Shown here one piece after another: positions 50,208 through 60,472 of a stretch of DNA of 64,000 bases (position 1 is its first letter; each line of letters starts with the position of its first letter). The position numbers were made by a program, and so were the translations under genes. The notes beneath the pieces were generated by a model, which was not told where the DNA came from, did no database searches, and saw only the letters and a list, made by a program, of their open reading frames with translations. Source of the DNA: an uncultured Bacillota bacterium (lineage in GTDB: Bacteria; Sysuimicrobiota; Sysuimicrobiia; Sysuimicrobiales; Segetimicrobiaceae); NCBI GenBank assembly GCA_963804645.1, contig CAWDRG010000009.1:960001-1024000 (forward strand), in the 5' to 3' direction.

Positions 50208-51932
50208 TCAGGCCGCGCCGCGCGGCACGACCGGGATCAGCAGATGGCTCGCGTGATCGCGATCGTGCAGCACGGCCTGCGCGGCGGGCCGCGCGACCGC
50301 GTCATCTCCCGGCGGCGCGCCGGTGTTTGGGTTGCGGTCGTAGGCGGGCCAGCGCGCCGACATCACGGCCACCCGGACGCGGTGGCCGGGCAGAAACACG
50401 TTGCTGATTGCGACGAGCTCGATGCGGTACGTGTACGGGCGGCCGGGCTCGAGCGGAGTCGGGTCGGGGTGGCCCGAGTCGTTGCGGTACGACGCGCGGA
50501 CGATGCCGTCGCACAACGCCAGGCTGGGGCCGTCCGGCGCGACGTCGTAGAGGGTGGCGGCGAAGTCCGTGTCCGGCGCGTCCGTGGTCGCCTCGAGGGC
50601 GACGACCGGATGTCCCGTCACCTCGAGCGGCTCTGTGAGCGGCGCCGAGGTGTAGACGAGCACGTCCTCGCGCCCGAGCAGCCACCGCTGGTCCAACCGG
50701 ACCTCCGGAGGGAACCCTTCCAGGACCTCGCTCGACGGGGTCGGCGCGTCCGGGTCGTACGTGTAGCGGTCGGGCGGCTCGCCCGCGGGCGGCGCGGCCG
50801 GTTCGAGCCGGCCGTCTCCCCCGGCCGTGTTCGCGCGGCCGCCGCTGCGCAGGTACCAGCGCTCGGCGACCGCCGCCGGCGGCGGCCACGTCGGATCGTC
50901 CCGCCAGCGGTTCTCCCCCATGAGAAAAATCCGGCTGCGGCAGCCGGGCGCGAAGTCCGTCGGCGCCGCGCCCTGGCCCTTGAGCCAGTAGTCGAACCAG
51001 CGGAGGTGGATCGCGTTCATGTCGAGCACCGCGGCGTCCCCGAACTCGAGCTCGCCGTGCCGCGGCTCCGGCGACCGCGTGCCGGCGTGGTCCCAGGGTC
51101 CGGACAGCAGGAACTGCCGGTCGCGGGCGGGCGAGTGCGCGGCCATCTGATGCCAGTAGTACAGCTGTCCGAGCTGGTCTCCGTCGAACCAGCCGGTGAT
51201 GTGCAGCACCGGCAGGTCGACCAGGGCGAAGCGACCGAGCATGCCCATCCGCTGCCAGTAGTCGTCGAGCGTCGGATGCGCGAGCCACACGCGCCACTCC
51301 GTGTTGAGGCGGCCGGCCGCGAGATCGACGTCCTTGGACGGCCGCGCGCGGACGACGCGCGCCCAGTCGATCAGCTCCGGCGGCTGCACGGTCCGGCCGC
51401 CCACCATGTTCAGCCACCACATGGCCCACGGCGGGCGCAGCTTGCCGTGCCGGTAGGGCAGCTCCTCCATCAGGCGTCCCGCCGCCGCGGTGCTGACGAG
51501 CGTCGTGAGGTGCGGCGGGCCCTCGCGCGCCGCCAGCCACTGCACGAGTCCCCCGTAGGAGCCGCCCATCATCCCGACCCGGCCGTTCGACCAGGGCTGC
51601 CGCGCGATCCACTCGACGGTGTCGTACCCGTCCTCGGCCTCGTTGATGAAGGGGTGCCATCCGCCGTCGGAGTCTCCTCGGCCGCGGACGTCCTGGCTGA
51701 CGAAGGCATAGCCGCGGGCGGCGAAATACTGCGCGACCTCTACCCAGTAGAACCGCGGGTTCTGGCGCCGGCCGTTGTCGTACGGCGTCCGCTGCAGGAT
51801 CGCCGGCCGCGGCGCCGGCCCGCTCCCGGGCGCATCCGGCAGGTACAGATCCACCGAGAGCTCGACGCCGTCGCGCATCGGCACGCGCACGTCGAGCTCG
51901 ACCCGCACCGGCGCGAGCGGGTCCGGGTTCAT
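50208..51932 (-). CDS. CocE/NonD family hydrolase (S15)
   Basis: MRDGVEL, RTPY, DVRGRGDSDG, GGSYGG, GWFD, GPWDH. Confidence 0.93.
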   Translation of the reverse strand: MNPDPLAPVRVELDVRVPMRDGVELSVDLYLPDAPGSGPAPRPAILQRTPYDNGRRQNPRFYWVEVAQYFAARGYAFVSQDVRGRGDSDGGWHPFINEAEDGYDTVEWIARQPWSNGRVGMMGGSYGGLVQWLAAREGPPHLTTLVSTAAAGRLMEELPYRHGKLRPPWAMWWLNMVGGRTVQPPELIDWARVVRARPSKDVDLAAGRLNTEWRVWLAHPTLDDYWQRMGMLGRFALVDLPVLHITGWFDGDQLGQLYYWHQMAAHSPARDRQFLLSGPWDHAGTRSPEPRHGELEFGDAAVLDMNAIHLRWFDYWLKGQGAAPTDFAPGCRSRIFLMGENRWRDDPTWPPPAAVAERWYLRSGGRANTAGGDGRLEPAAPPAGEPPDRYTYDPDAPTPSSEVLEGFPPEVRLDQRWLLGREDVLVYTSAPLTEPLEVTGHPVVALEATTDAPDTDFAATLYDVAPDGPSLALCDGIVRASYRNDSGHPDPTPLEPGRPYTYRIELVAISNVFLPGHRVRVAVMSARWPAYDRNPNTGAPPGDDAVARPAAQAVLHDRDHASHLLIPVVPRGAA

Positions 51933-51960
51933 CCCCGTCCTCCCGCCGCGCGGCCGCGGA

Positions 51961-53580
51961 TCACTTGACGACGTAGGCGTTCTCGATCAGGAGGTCTCCC
52001 GTCGCTTTGTTCAAGATGAGGCCCCCGAACCCGCTCTGTGCCACGCGGCCGTTGACCTCGGCGGCGAGCATCGCCCAAGGCGCATCGGTGAGGTACTGCT
52101 GCTGCATCCGCTGCATCAGCTGGAGGCGCACGGTCGACGAGATCGTGGTCTGATACAGGCGCGAGAGATCGGTGAACGCCGGGCTGTTGTACGTCGAGTA
52201 GTCCAGCGCGCCCCCCGGCTGCAACGCGAGCCGCATCACGAGGCCCGGGTCCGAGCTCCACGCATAGCTCGACGCGGAGATGTCGTAGTCGCCCGCCTTG
52301 AGGTGCGCGAGGGCGGTGGTGACCTCGTACGCGGTGATCGTGGTCCCGATCCCCACCTGCTGCAGCTGCGCCTGGATCACCTGCGCGAGATCGGTGAACG
52401 GCTCGTAGGACCGCGTGACCATGCGCAGCATGACGGGGCGTCCGCCGCGCTGCAGCGTGCCGCCCTGCAGCGTGTACCCGGCCTCGGAGAGGAGCTGCCG
52501 GGCGCGGCCGAGATCGAACGGGTAGTAGTTTTCCGATCCCTTCCAGTAGCCGACGAGCAGCGGGCTGAACGGCGCCCAGTTGGCGACCGCGTGGCCGTTG
52601 AACACGCTCGCGACGACGGCGTTCCGGTCCATCGCAACGTTGATGGCCTGGCGCACGCGCAGGTCCTGAAACATCGGGTTCTTCAAGTTCATCTCGACGT
52701 AGTAGACTCGCGGCCCCACCGTCTGGAAGAATTGATACTTGGGGTTCTTGGCGTAGGTGTCCCACTGCTCGGGGGGCACGTTGAGCAGCGCGGAGAGCGC
52801 CCCGGCCTGGAACGCCGCGAGCTGCGATGTGGGCTGCGGGATGATGCGAAACACCAGCTGGTCGAGGTAGGGCGGACCCTGGTGGTCGAAGCTCGGCCCC
52901 CACTTGTACGCGGGATTCCGCGCGAGCGTCACCGACTGCCCCGGCAGCCATTCCTTCAGCATGAACGGCCCGACGCTCGACGGGTGCTGAGCGTACTCGT
53001 TTCCGTACTTCGCCACGGCACTCGGGTCCGTCGGCTGGAGGTACCCCGCGATCGCCAGCGTCTGCAAGAGACCGCCGTCCGGCTGCTTCAGGTTCAGGAC
53101 GAGCGTCGTGGCGTCGGGTGCCTCGAACGAGGCCACCGACGACAGGAAGTCCCGGTCGTAGGGCGACGCGGTCGCCGGGTCGATGTCCCGCTCAAACGTC
53201 GCCTTGATGTCCGCCGCGGTCATGGGTCTCCCGCTGTGGAACATGATCCCGGGCTTGAGGTGGAAGGTTAGGGTCTTGCCGTTCGGGCTGAAGGTCCATC
53301 GATCGGCGAGCCACGGCACGATGCGGCCGTCCGGCGCGATCACCGTCAGGGCCGCGCCGATGTAGTTCGAGATCTCGTCCTCGTCGGCGAGCGTCATCCG
53401 GGGCGCGTCGAGCGTCTTTGGGTCCTGCTGCAGGGCCAGGACGAACGTGCCGCCGTTGCTCGGCGCCGCCGCGCCCAGGGCCGCGGACCGGCCCGCAAAG
53501 GGGATCAGGGCGAGCGCGATGACGACGGCCCCGGTCCACCACGAGGTCCCGAGCGGCCGTCTGAAGGTACGCACGGACAT
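51961..53580 (-). CDS. ABC substrate-binding protein, family 5
   Basis: Signal peptide; PWLADRW, FHLKPGIMFHSG, GPF, RVRQAI. Confidence 0.9.
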   Translation of the reverse strand: MSVRTFRRPLGTSWWTGAVVIALALIPFAGRSAALGAAAPSNGGTFVLALQQDPKTLDAPRMTLADEDEISNYIGAALTVIAPDGRIVPWLADRWTFSPNGKTLTFHLKPGIMFHSGRPMTAADIKATFERDIDPATASPYDRDFLSSVASFEAPDATTLVLNLKQPDGGLLQTLAIAGYLQPTDPSAVAKYGNEYAQHPSSVGPFMLKEWLPGQSVTLARNPAYKWGPSFDHQGPPYLDQLVFRIIPQPTSQLAAFQAGALSALLNVPPEQWDTYAKNPKYQFFQTVGPRVYYVEMNLKNPMFQDLRVRQAINVAMDRNAVVASVFNGHAVANWAPFSPLLVGYWKGSENYYPFDLGRARQLLSEAGYTLQGGTLQRGGRPVMLRMVTRSYEPFTDLAQVIQAQLQQVGIGTTITAYEVTTALAHLKAGDYDISASSYAWSSDPGLVMRLALQPGGALDYSTYNSPAFTDLSRLYQTTISSTVRLQLMQRMQQQYLTDAPWAMLAAEVNGRVAQSGFGGLILNKATGDLLIENAYVVK

Positions 53581-53723
53581 AGGATCCACACCCCTTTTCC
53601 ACGAGACGCGCGCCGGCCGGTCCGCCGCGCGCGATGGTGGTAGTGTCTTAGACTTCCGCCGGATGACTCCTCTCGATCGGCGCGCGGTGCCGCCGTGCCA
53701 GAGCCGGTCCGCGGTGGGTCCGC

Positions 53724-54404
53724 TTACCAGACAAACGGGACGAGCCGGTGCCGCACCCGCCGCGTGTACGCGTCGTAGCCGTTCAGTTCCCGTGTGAGGA
53801 ACCGTTCCTCGAGCAGCGCCCGCACGATGATTGTGCCGATCAGAATCAGCGCCGCGAGCGCGCCCGCGTACGATTGGAGCCACAGGGCCATGCCGATCAG
53901 CAGCACGCTCCCGCCGGCGTAGAGGGGATGCCGGATGACGCTGTAGATGCCGGTGTCGACGACGGTCTGCGCCTCCGGGTGCTTGACCACCGTGGCCGCG
54001 AAGGCGTTCTCCTGGATTCCCAGCCAGGCGATCCACCAGCCGGCGAAAAACAGCGCCAGGCCCAGGGAGGACACGAGCGGCCCGGGCGCTCCGAGCAGGT
54101 GGAGGCGGAACACGTCCAGCGAGATGAACACCAGCAGCGCATAGAACTCGAGCAGGAACAGGCTGAGGACGATCTTGTCGGCGAGGGGCTGCTCCCGCTG
54201 AAGCGGCGGCTTGAGGCGCTCCTTGACGAGATCCGCGCTGGCCGGCAGCAGCGCCACGCCGGCGGCGAGCGACAGCGCCGCGAGCGCGCCGAGCAGGACC
54301 CACGCGTGCCACCAGTGCAGCGTGCCCGCCGGGACGAACAGCAGGGCGCCGAAGAACGCGATCCAGAGGACCGCGGTGACGATCAGCTTGACGACGAGCG
54401 ACAT
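53724..54404 (-). CDS. Isoprenylcysteine carboxyl methyltransferase family membrane protein
   Basis: EN.F, TGIYSVIRHPLY, EERFL, Y..Y...VR.RL.P..W. Confidence 0.88.
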   Translation of the reverse strand: MSLVVKLIVTAVLWIAFFGALLFVPAGTLHWWHAWVLLGALAALSLAAGVALLPASADLVKERLKPPLQREQPLADKIVLSLFLLEFYALLVFISLDVFRLHLLGAPGPLVSSLGLALFFAGWWIAWLGIQENAFAATVVKHPEAQTVVDTGIYSVIRHPLYAGGSVLLIGMALWLQSYAGALAALILIGTIIVRALLEERFLTRELNGYDAYTRRVRHRLVPFVW

Positions 54405-54618
54405 CGTCCCGTCCTTTCTCCGTCGAGGTCCGACCCCGCACCAGTATACGCCGGGCCGTCCACGGCCGTCCCCGCGGGCCCGGTCGGGCGGGCGGCCCCG
54501 CCCGCGCCAGCAGGTCAGCGCCCGGGCGGGGCGAACCGGTGAGGTCGCGGGGCGTCGTTCGTGCGCGCGGCGCTCCGCGAGACCCCGCCGCGGCAGGCGC
54601 GCGAGGAGGCATCACGCG

Positions 54619-55584
54619 ATGCAGTACGTTCGTCCATCGCCACAGACCGTGCAGTGGGGCTACTTTGATGCGTCGGCAAAGCCGGCAGCGGAGGTCGACC
54701 CGGGCGAGGTGTTCCGGCTCCGGAGCGTCACGGGCGCGCCCAATGATGCCGTTCCTACCGACTGGATTCCACCGGAGATCGCGGAGATCCACGCGGCGGT
54801 GCACGACCGCGGTCCCGGAGGCCATCTCTTGACCGGACCGGTGCGCGTGCGCGGGGCCCGGCCCGGACACGTGCTGCAGGTCGACATCATCTCCGTGGCC
54901 CTGGGCGCGCGCTACGGTATCAACAGCGTGGGTCCGCTCAAGGGCATCTTCCCCGACGCGGTCGACGCGTGGGACAAGCAGATCATCCCGCTCGACCGCG
55001 AGCGGGGGATGGCGACGCTCCCGCCCGGCCTGCAGGTGCCGACGCGCCCGTTCTTCGGCGTCATGGGGGTGGCGCCGCCCGCGGCGTGGGGGCGCATCGA
55101 CACGGCGCCGCCGAGGCGCCACGGCGGCAACATGGACAACAAGGAGCTGATCGGAGGGACGACGCTGTTCCTGCCCGTGTGGGCCGACGGCGCCCTGTTC
55201 AGCGCCGGCGACGGGCACGCCGCGCAGGGCGACGGCGAGGTCTGCATCACGGCGATCGAGACATCCCTGGAGGGCGAGTTTCGGTTCGGCCTGCGCACCG
55301 ATGTGGAGCTCGCGCTGCCCGTCGCGGTCACGCCCACGCACTTCATCACGATGGGATTCGACCCGAGCCTCGACCGCGCGGCGCGCATCGCGGTGCGCTC
55401 GATGCTCGACCTGCTCGAGCGGTACGGGGGCATGCGGTGGCGCGACGCCTACGGGCTCGCGAGCATGGCGGTGGATCTGCACGTGACCCAGGTGGTGAAC
55501 GGCGAGAAGGGGGTCCACGCGATGGCGCCGCGGGCCATTCTCAAGCAGCTCACGACGCCGCTGCCGTTTCTCACGGGGCTCTGA
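54619..55584 (+). CDS. Acetamidase/formamidase family protein
   Basis: HLLTGPV, PFFGVMG, GGNMD, GDGHAAQGDGEVC..AIE; GAGGAGG RBS. Confidence 0.92.
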   Translation: MQYVRPSPQTVQWGYFDASAKPAAEVDPGEVFRLRSVTGAPNDAVPTDWIPPEIAEIHAAVHDRGPGGHLLTGPVRVRGARPGHVLQVDIISVALGARYGINSVGPLKGIFPDAVDAWDKQIIPLDRERGMATLPPGLQVPTRPFFGVMGVAPPAAWGRIDTAPPRRHGGNMDNKELIGGTTLFLPVWADGALFSAGDGHAAQGDGEVCITAIETSLEGEFRFGLRTDVELALPVAVTPTHFITMGFDPSLDRAARIAVRSMLDLLERYGGMRWRDAYGLASMAVDLHVTQVVNGEKGVHAMAPRAILKQLTTPLPFLTGL

Positions 55585-55610
55585 TCCGCAACACGACGAG
55601 AGGTGCCGTG

Positions 55611-57194
55611 GTGAACTCGACGACGCGCGGCCGGATCACGAGACGGGAGATGCTGCGATACGGGGCCGCCGGCGCGCTCGGCGCGGGCGCGCTGGCGGGG
55701 CTCGCGCTGCCGAGCGCGTTTGGGCAGACCGGCCGCCGCGGCGGGACACTGCGGGCCGGCTTGGACACCGATCCGTTCATTCTCGATCCGCACCGGTCGG
55801 TCGCGGTGCCGGACCGCCAGGTATTCCAGAACCTCTACGACAAGCTGGTGGACACGGACGAAGATCTGAAGATCGTGCCGATGCTGGCGGCGTCGTGGAC
55901 GATTTCGGCAGACGGGACCACGTACACGTTCAAGCTGCAGCCGAACGTCACGTTTCACGACGGCACGCCGTTCGACGCGGCCGCGGTCGTGTACAATTTC
56001 GACCGGATGCGCGACCCCAAGTTCCCGTCCGCCCGCCGGAGCGAGATCGGACCGATTACGTCCGTGACCGCGGCCGATCCGTCCACGGTGGTCATCAAGC
56101 TGGAGCAGCCCTACAGTCCGCTGCTGTACGTGCTGACCGACCGCGCGGGCATGATGGTCTCTCCCACCGCGGCGCAGAAGGCCGGGCTCGATTTTGCCCT
56201 GCACCCCGTGGGGACGGGACCGTTCTCGTTCGTCGAAGAGGTGCGCCAGGATCACGTGACCCTGCAGCGCAACCCCTCCTACTGGGTGCGGGGACTGCCG
56301 TATCTGGACCGCGTGATCTTCCGCTATCTTCCGGACGACAACGCGCGCGTCGCCAACCTGAAGTCCGGCGACCTGGAGATGGTGGCGGTGGTGCCGGCCC
56401 CCCAGATCCCGCAGCTCGCCGTGGAGGCGCGGCAGCCCGGATCGTCGTTCAGGCTCCTCGAGCACGGCGCGTTTCCGTGGACGGGATTCTGGCTGAACAC
56501 CACGAAGCCGCCGTTCAACAATAAGGCGCTCAGGCAGGCGTTCAGCGCCGCGATCGACCGCACCGCGATCGCGAACGTCGTGCTGCAGGGGGCGGCGTAT
56601 CCCGCGTACTCGTTTTTCCCGAACGGGACGCCGGCGTACGACCCGGCGTGGAAGATCCCGCCGCGAGATCTCTCGCTGGCGAGGGAGAAGCTCCGCACCG
56701 GCGGGAGCCCGACCGGGTTTGCGTGCACGCTGCTGACGTACCAGGGACAGTCCAACGTGAGCGTCGCGCAGGCCGTCCAATCGATGATCGCCGACGTCGG
56801 TATCCAATCGCAGATCCAGGTGCTCGAGGCCGGGGCGCTCATCGCCACCCTGACCAAAGGCGAGTACCAAGCCGGATTCGCCGGATGGAGCGGGCGCCCG
56901 GATCCCGATTTCGACGTGTATCCGTTCATGACGAAGTCCGGCATCCCGAACTTCAACTTTTCCGGGTACGTGAACTCCCAGGTCCAGGACCTGCTCGACG
57001 CCGCCCGCGTGCTGCAGAACATGGACCAGCGCGCCCGCGCGTATCGCGAGGTCACGCAGATCCTCGCCGACGACATGCCGTACGCGTGGATTTCCTTCAC
57101 CAAAGAGTACAAGCTGGTGTCGGTCAAGGTGCGCGGATTCGTGCACGTGCCGGATGGGTTACTCCGGCTGCGGACGGTTTCGCTCGCGTCCTGA
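55611..57194 (+). CDS. ABC substrate-binding protein, family 5, Tat signal
   Basis: TRREML; LDP, FHDGTPFDA, PVGTGPF, NPSYW, LRQA. Confidence 0.92.
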   Translation: MNSTTRGRITRREMLRYGAAGALGAGALAGLALPSAFGQTGRRGGTLRAGLDTDPFILDPHRSVAVPDRQVFQNLYDKLVDTDEDLKIVPMLAASWTISADGTTYTFKLQPNVTFHDGTPFDAAAVVYNFDRMRDPKFPSARRSEIGPITSVTAADPSTVVIKLEQPYSPLLYVLTDRAGMMVSPTAAQKAGLDFALHPVGTGPFSFVEEVRQDHVTLQRNPSYWVRGLPYLDRVIFRYLPDDNARVANLKSGDLEMVAVVPAPQIPQLAVEARQPGSSFRLLEHGAFPWTGFWLNTTKPPFNNKALRQAFSAAIDRTAIANVVLQGAAYPAYSFFPNGTPAYDPAWKIPPRDLSLAREKLRTGGSPTGFACTLLTYQGQSNVSVAQAVQSMIADVGIQSQIQVLEAGALIATLTKGEYQAGFAGWSGRPDPDFDVYPFMTKSGIPNFNFSGYVNSQVQDLLDAARVLQNMDQRARAYREVTQILADDMPYAWISFTKEYKLVSVKVRGFVHVPDGLLRLRTVSLAS

Positions 57195-57248
57195 TCCGCG
57201 CCGCCGGCGCGCGGGACCATCGCGCCGGACCACCTGAGGAGGAGCGGT

Positions 57249-59168
57249 ATGAGCCTGGAGGCGGGAAACGGGACGGGCCTGTCGGTCGAGCAGCTGCTGG
57301 CGCTGCGGGGAGTCGGGGCCGGCGACGCGCCGCAGTGGGGAACGGAGACGCCGCGGTGGTCCCCGGACGGGACCCAGCTCATGTTCGCGTCGGGCTTGAG
57401 CGGCGGCCTTGAGCTGTGGAGCGTGGCGCCCTCCGGCGGGGCGCCGACCCGGCTCACCGTGGGCCTGGGCGGCGTCGGCCACCTCGCCTCGTGCATGCCG
57501 CAGTGGTCGCCGACGGGGGCGGCCATCGCGTACGTGTCCGCGAAGAGCGGCGCCGACGAGGTCTGGCTGTGGTCGAGCGACGGCGGCGCCGACCGCCAGC
57601 TGACGCGCCTTGGCGCGCGGATCGAGGCGATGAGCTGGGCGCCGGACGGGCGCTCGCTCGCGGTCGCGAGCAACAGCATGGGGACGTTCGATATTTACCG
57701 GATCGCGGTGCCGGACGGCGCCGCGGTGCGGCTGACGCGCGATCAGCGCTACGAAGTGTATCCGTCGTTCACCCCGGACGGACGGATCTTGTACGTGCGG
57801 CTGAACGAGGCGTGGACCGACCACGACGTGGTGCTGATGAACGGGGACGGGACGCGGCCGCGCGTCGTGCTGCGGGACACCGACTTCTTCGACTACCACT
57901 ACGGCAAGACGTTCAACTACCCCAAGGTGTCGCCGGACGGGCGGACGTTTCTGTTCCGGTCCCACCGGAGCGGGTGGATCAACGTTTGGGAGGCCCCTGT
58001 CGAAGGCGGGGAGGCCCGGCCGATTGCGCCCGCGGAGGCGGATCAGGGGGACGCCGCCTGGTCGCCCGACGGCCGCGCGATCGCCTACACCGAGAACCAC
58101 AACGGCACGCTGGACCTGCGGGTGGTCGCGCGCGAGGGGGGAGCGCCCCGGGTGCTCGTCGCGCCGGCGATGGGGGTGTGCGCCGGCCCCGCGTGGTCGC
58201 TCGACGGTGCCGAGGTGAGCTATCTCCTCGGCACGCCGACGGCGCCGAACGACATCTGGGTGGTGGCGGCGGCGACCGGTGCGGCGCGGCAGCTGACGCG
58301 CTCGATGCTCGGCGGCGGGGTGGCGCAGCGGCTCACGGTGCCCGAGAAGATCACGTACCCGGCCGCTGACGGACGGACGATCCACGCCTACCTGTACCGG
58401 CCCGCGTCGCCGTGCGGGGCCTCCCCGGGCATTCTCTGGATCCACGGCGGGCCGACCAGCCAGTTCGTGGACTCGCTCCAGCCGCTGGTTCAGTACTTCG
58501 TGCAGGCGGGCTACACGCTGCTGCTGCCGAACGTGCGGGGCAGCTCGGGCTACGGGCGGGAGTTCGAGGATCTCAACAACGGGGACTGGGGCCACGGGGA
58601 CCTGCGGGATGCGATGGGGGGAGCGGACTATCTCCGCGGGCTGACGGGCGTCGACGCCGCCCACATCGGCATCACCGGCACGAGCTACGGGGGGATCCTG
58701 AGCATGGCGGCCGTTGCCTACGCGCCGGCGGGGACGTTCCAAGCGGCGATCCCGTGCTCCGGCTACGCGGATTTCGCGCACATGCACGGGGAGCAGGAAC
58801 TGCGCCACGTGAAGCTGCTCGAATACGAGTTCGGGACGCTGGAAGACCATCCGGACGTCTACCGCCGCTGCTCGCCGCTGTATTCGGTCCCGCAGGCGGC
58901 GACGCCGTGCTTCGTCATCCACGGCGAAGGCAAGTACCCGGGTTCGGCCGCCGCCAAGAACTTCGCGCTCGCGCTGGAGGCCCACTACAAGGCGTTCTGG
59001 TACAAAGCCTATCCGGGCGAGACGTACTACGTCCTCGGGGAGTCGAACGTGAAGCAGATGCTGCGCGACATGCGCGACTTCTTCGATCTGTACCTCAAGG
59101 GAATCCCGCACCGGCGGGCCGACGACGGCACCCGTCCGCACACGCACCTGAGCGGGGTGCGGCCCTGA
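57249..59168 (+). CDS. S9 prolyl-oligopeptidase-like protein with PD40/TolB beta-propeller; non-canonical triad
   Basis: Repeated WSPDG; IHGGP, NVRGSSGYG, GTSYGG. Confidence 0.88.
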   Translation: MSLEAGNGTGLSVEQLLALRGVGAGDAPQWGTETPRWSPDGTQLMFASGLSGGLELWSVAPSGGAPTRLTVGLGGVGHLASCMPQWSPTGAAIAYVSAKSGADEVWLWSSDGGADRQLTRLGARIEAMSWAPDGRSLAVASNSMGTFDIYRIAVPDGAAVRLTRDQRYEVYPSFTPDGRILYVRLNEAWTDHDVVLMNGDGTRPRVVLRDTDFFDYHYGKTFNYPKVSPDGRTFLFRSHRSGWINVWEAPVEGGEARPIAPAEADQGDAAWSPDGRAIAYTENHNGTLDLRVVAREGGAPRVLVAPAMGVCAGPAWSLDGAEVSYLLGTPTAPNDIWVVAAATGAARQLTRSMLGGGVAQRLTVPEKITYPAADGRTIHAYLYRPASPCGASPGILWIHGGPTSQFVDSLQPLVQYFVQAGYTLLLPNVRGSSGYGREFEDLNNGDWGHGDLRDAMGGADYLRGLTGVDAAHIGITGTSYGGILSMAAVAYAPAGTFQAAIPCSGYADFAHMHGEQELRHVKLLEYEFGTLEDHPDVYRRCSPLYSVPQAATPCFVIHGEGKYPGSAAAKNFALALEAHYKAFWYKAYPGETYYVLGESNVKQMLRDMRDFFDLYLKGIPHRRADDGTRPHTHLSGVRP

Positions 59169-59251
59169 CCTGAGCGCGTCGGGTCTGCGCCGGGGTCCCG
59201 CCGTCGGCTGTCTGGAGGGGATGGCGCGTCTAGGCCTGAACCCTCCTGTCC

Positions 59252-60439
59252 ATGACGGACCCGTCTGTGCGTTCCGCTCGTCCCTGGGAATCCACGCTCG
59301 CCGGGTTTCGCGAGATGTTCCTGCTCAGGCCGGACGTGGTCTTTCTCAACCACGGATCGTTCGGCGCGTGCCCGCGGCCGGTGTTCGAGGCCTACCAGCG
59401 CTGGCAGCTCGAGCTCGAGCGGCAGCCCGTCGATTTTCTCCACTACCGGTTTCCGGATCTGATGGGCACCGCGCGGGAGCGTCTCGCGGCGTACCTCGGC
59501 GCCGACGCCGATGAGGTCGTCTACTTCCCAAACGTCACGACCGCGCTCAACGTCGTCGCGCGCTCGCTCTCGCTCGGGCCCGGGGACGAGGTGCTCGGCA
59601 ACGACCACGAGTACGGCGCCCTCGAGAAGACGTGGACGTTCCTGTGCGGTCCGCGCGGTGCCCGCTATGTCCGCGCCGAGCTGCCTTGTCCGATCGAGTC
59701 GGCGGACCAAATCGTTGAGGCGGTGTGGTCCCGGGTCACGCCGCGCACCAAGGTGCTGTTTCTCAGCCACATCACCTCGCCCACCGCGCTGACGCTCCCA
59801 GTCGAGCCGCTCGTCCGCCGGGCCAAGGACGCCGGCATCCTGACCGTGATCGATGGCGCCCATGCGCCCGGGCAGATTCCGCTCGACCTCCACGCCCTCG
59901 GCGCGGACTTTTACGGCGGCAACTGCCACAAGTGGATGTGCGCGCCGAAGGGATCGGGGTTTCTGTACGCCCGCCGGGACGTGCAGCCGCTGCTCGACCC
60001 GCTGGTCGTGAGCTGGGGATGGCCGGGCAGCTTCGTAGACGTGCAGCAGCGCCAGGCGACGCGCGACATCGCCGCCTATCTCTCGGTGCCGGCCGCGATC
60101 GAGTTCCAGCAGGCGCACGACTGGCCCGCGGTCCAGCGCGCGTGCCACGCGCTGGCGCAACACGCGCGCGCGGTGCTCGCCGGTCTCAGCGGGCTGCCGC
60201 CCTTGTTCCCGGACTCGCCGGAATTCTATGCGCAGATGGCGTGCGTGCCGTTTCCCATCGCCGACCCCGACGCGCTGCGGCGGCGCCTGTGGACCGAGCA
60301 GAAGATCGAAGTACCGGTCACGTCCTGGAACGGGCGGGCGCTGGTCCGCGTATCGATCCAGGCTTACAACACCGAAGCCGACGTCGACGCGCTCGCCGAG
60401 GCACTGCGGCCGGCGGTCGGGGGCGCAGCCGCCGGGTAG
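59252..60439 (+). CDS. Class V PLP enzyme, isopenicillin-N epimerase (CefD)-like
   Basis: FLNHGSFGACP, SHITSPT, IDGAH, NCHKWMCAPKG, RVS.Q.YN. Confidence 0.85.
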   Translation: MTDPSVRSARPWESTLAGFREMFLLRPDVVFLNHGSFGACPRPVFEAYQRWQLELERQPVDFLHYRFPDLMGTARERLAAYLGADADEVVYFPNVTTALNVVARSLSLGPGDEVLGNDHEYGALEKTWTFLCGPRGARYVRAELPCPIESADQIVEAVWSRVTPRTKVLFLSHITSPTALTLPVEPLVRRAKDAGILTVIDGAHAPGQIPLDLHALGADFYGGNCHKWMCAPKGSGFLYARRDVQPLLDPLVVSWGWPGSFVDVQQRQATRDIAAYLSVPAAIEFQQAHDWPAVQRACHALAQHARAVLAGLSGLPPLFPDSPEFYAQMACVPFPIADPDALRRRLWTEQKIEVPVTSWNGRALVRVSIQAYNTEADVDALAEALRPAVGGAAAG

Positions 60440-60472
60440 CCCGGGTTCCGTCCCGCCGGTCCTCCGCTCGTG

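Noticed and set aside
51961..55518. 1185-aa minus-strand ORF as a giant fusion protein
   Set aside because: Only 51961-53580 looks like an SBP; the upstream part overlaps the ICMT gene (another frame) and is antisense to the acetamidase, a high-GC open-frame artefact.
59252..60439. Beta-lactam biosynthesis inferred from the CefD-like gene
   Set aside because: No ACV synthetase, IPNS or expandase in the window; the family is widespread outside antibiotic clusters.
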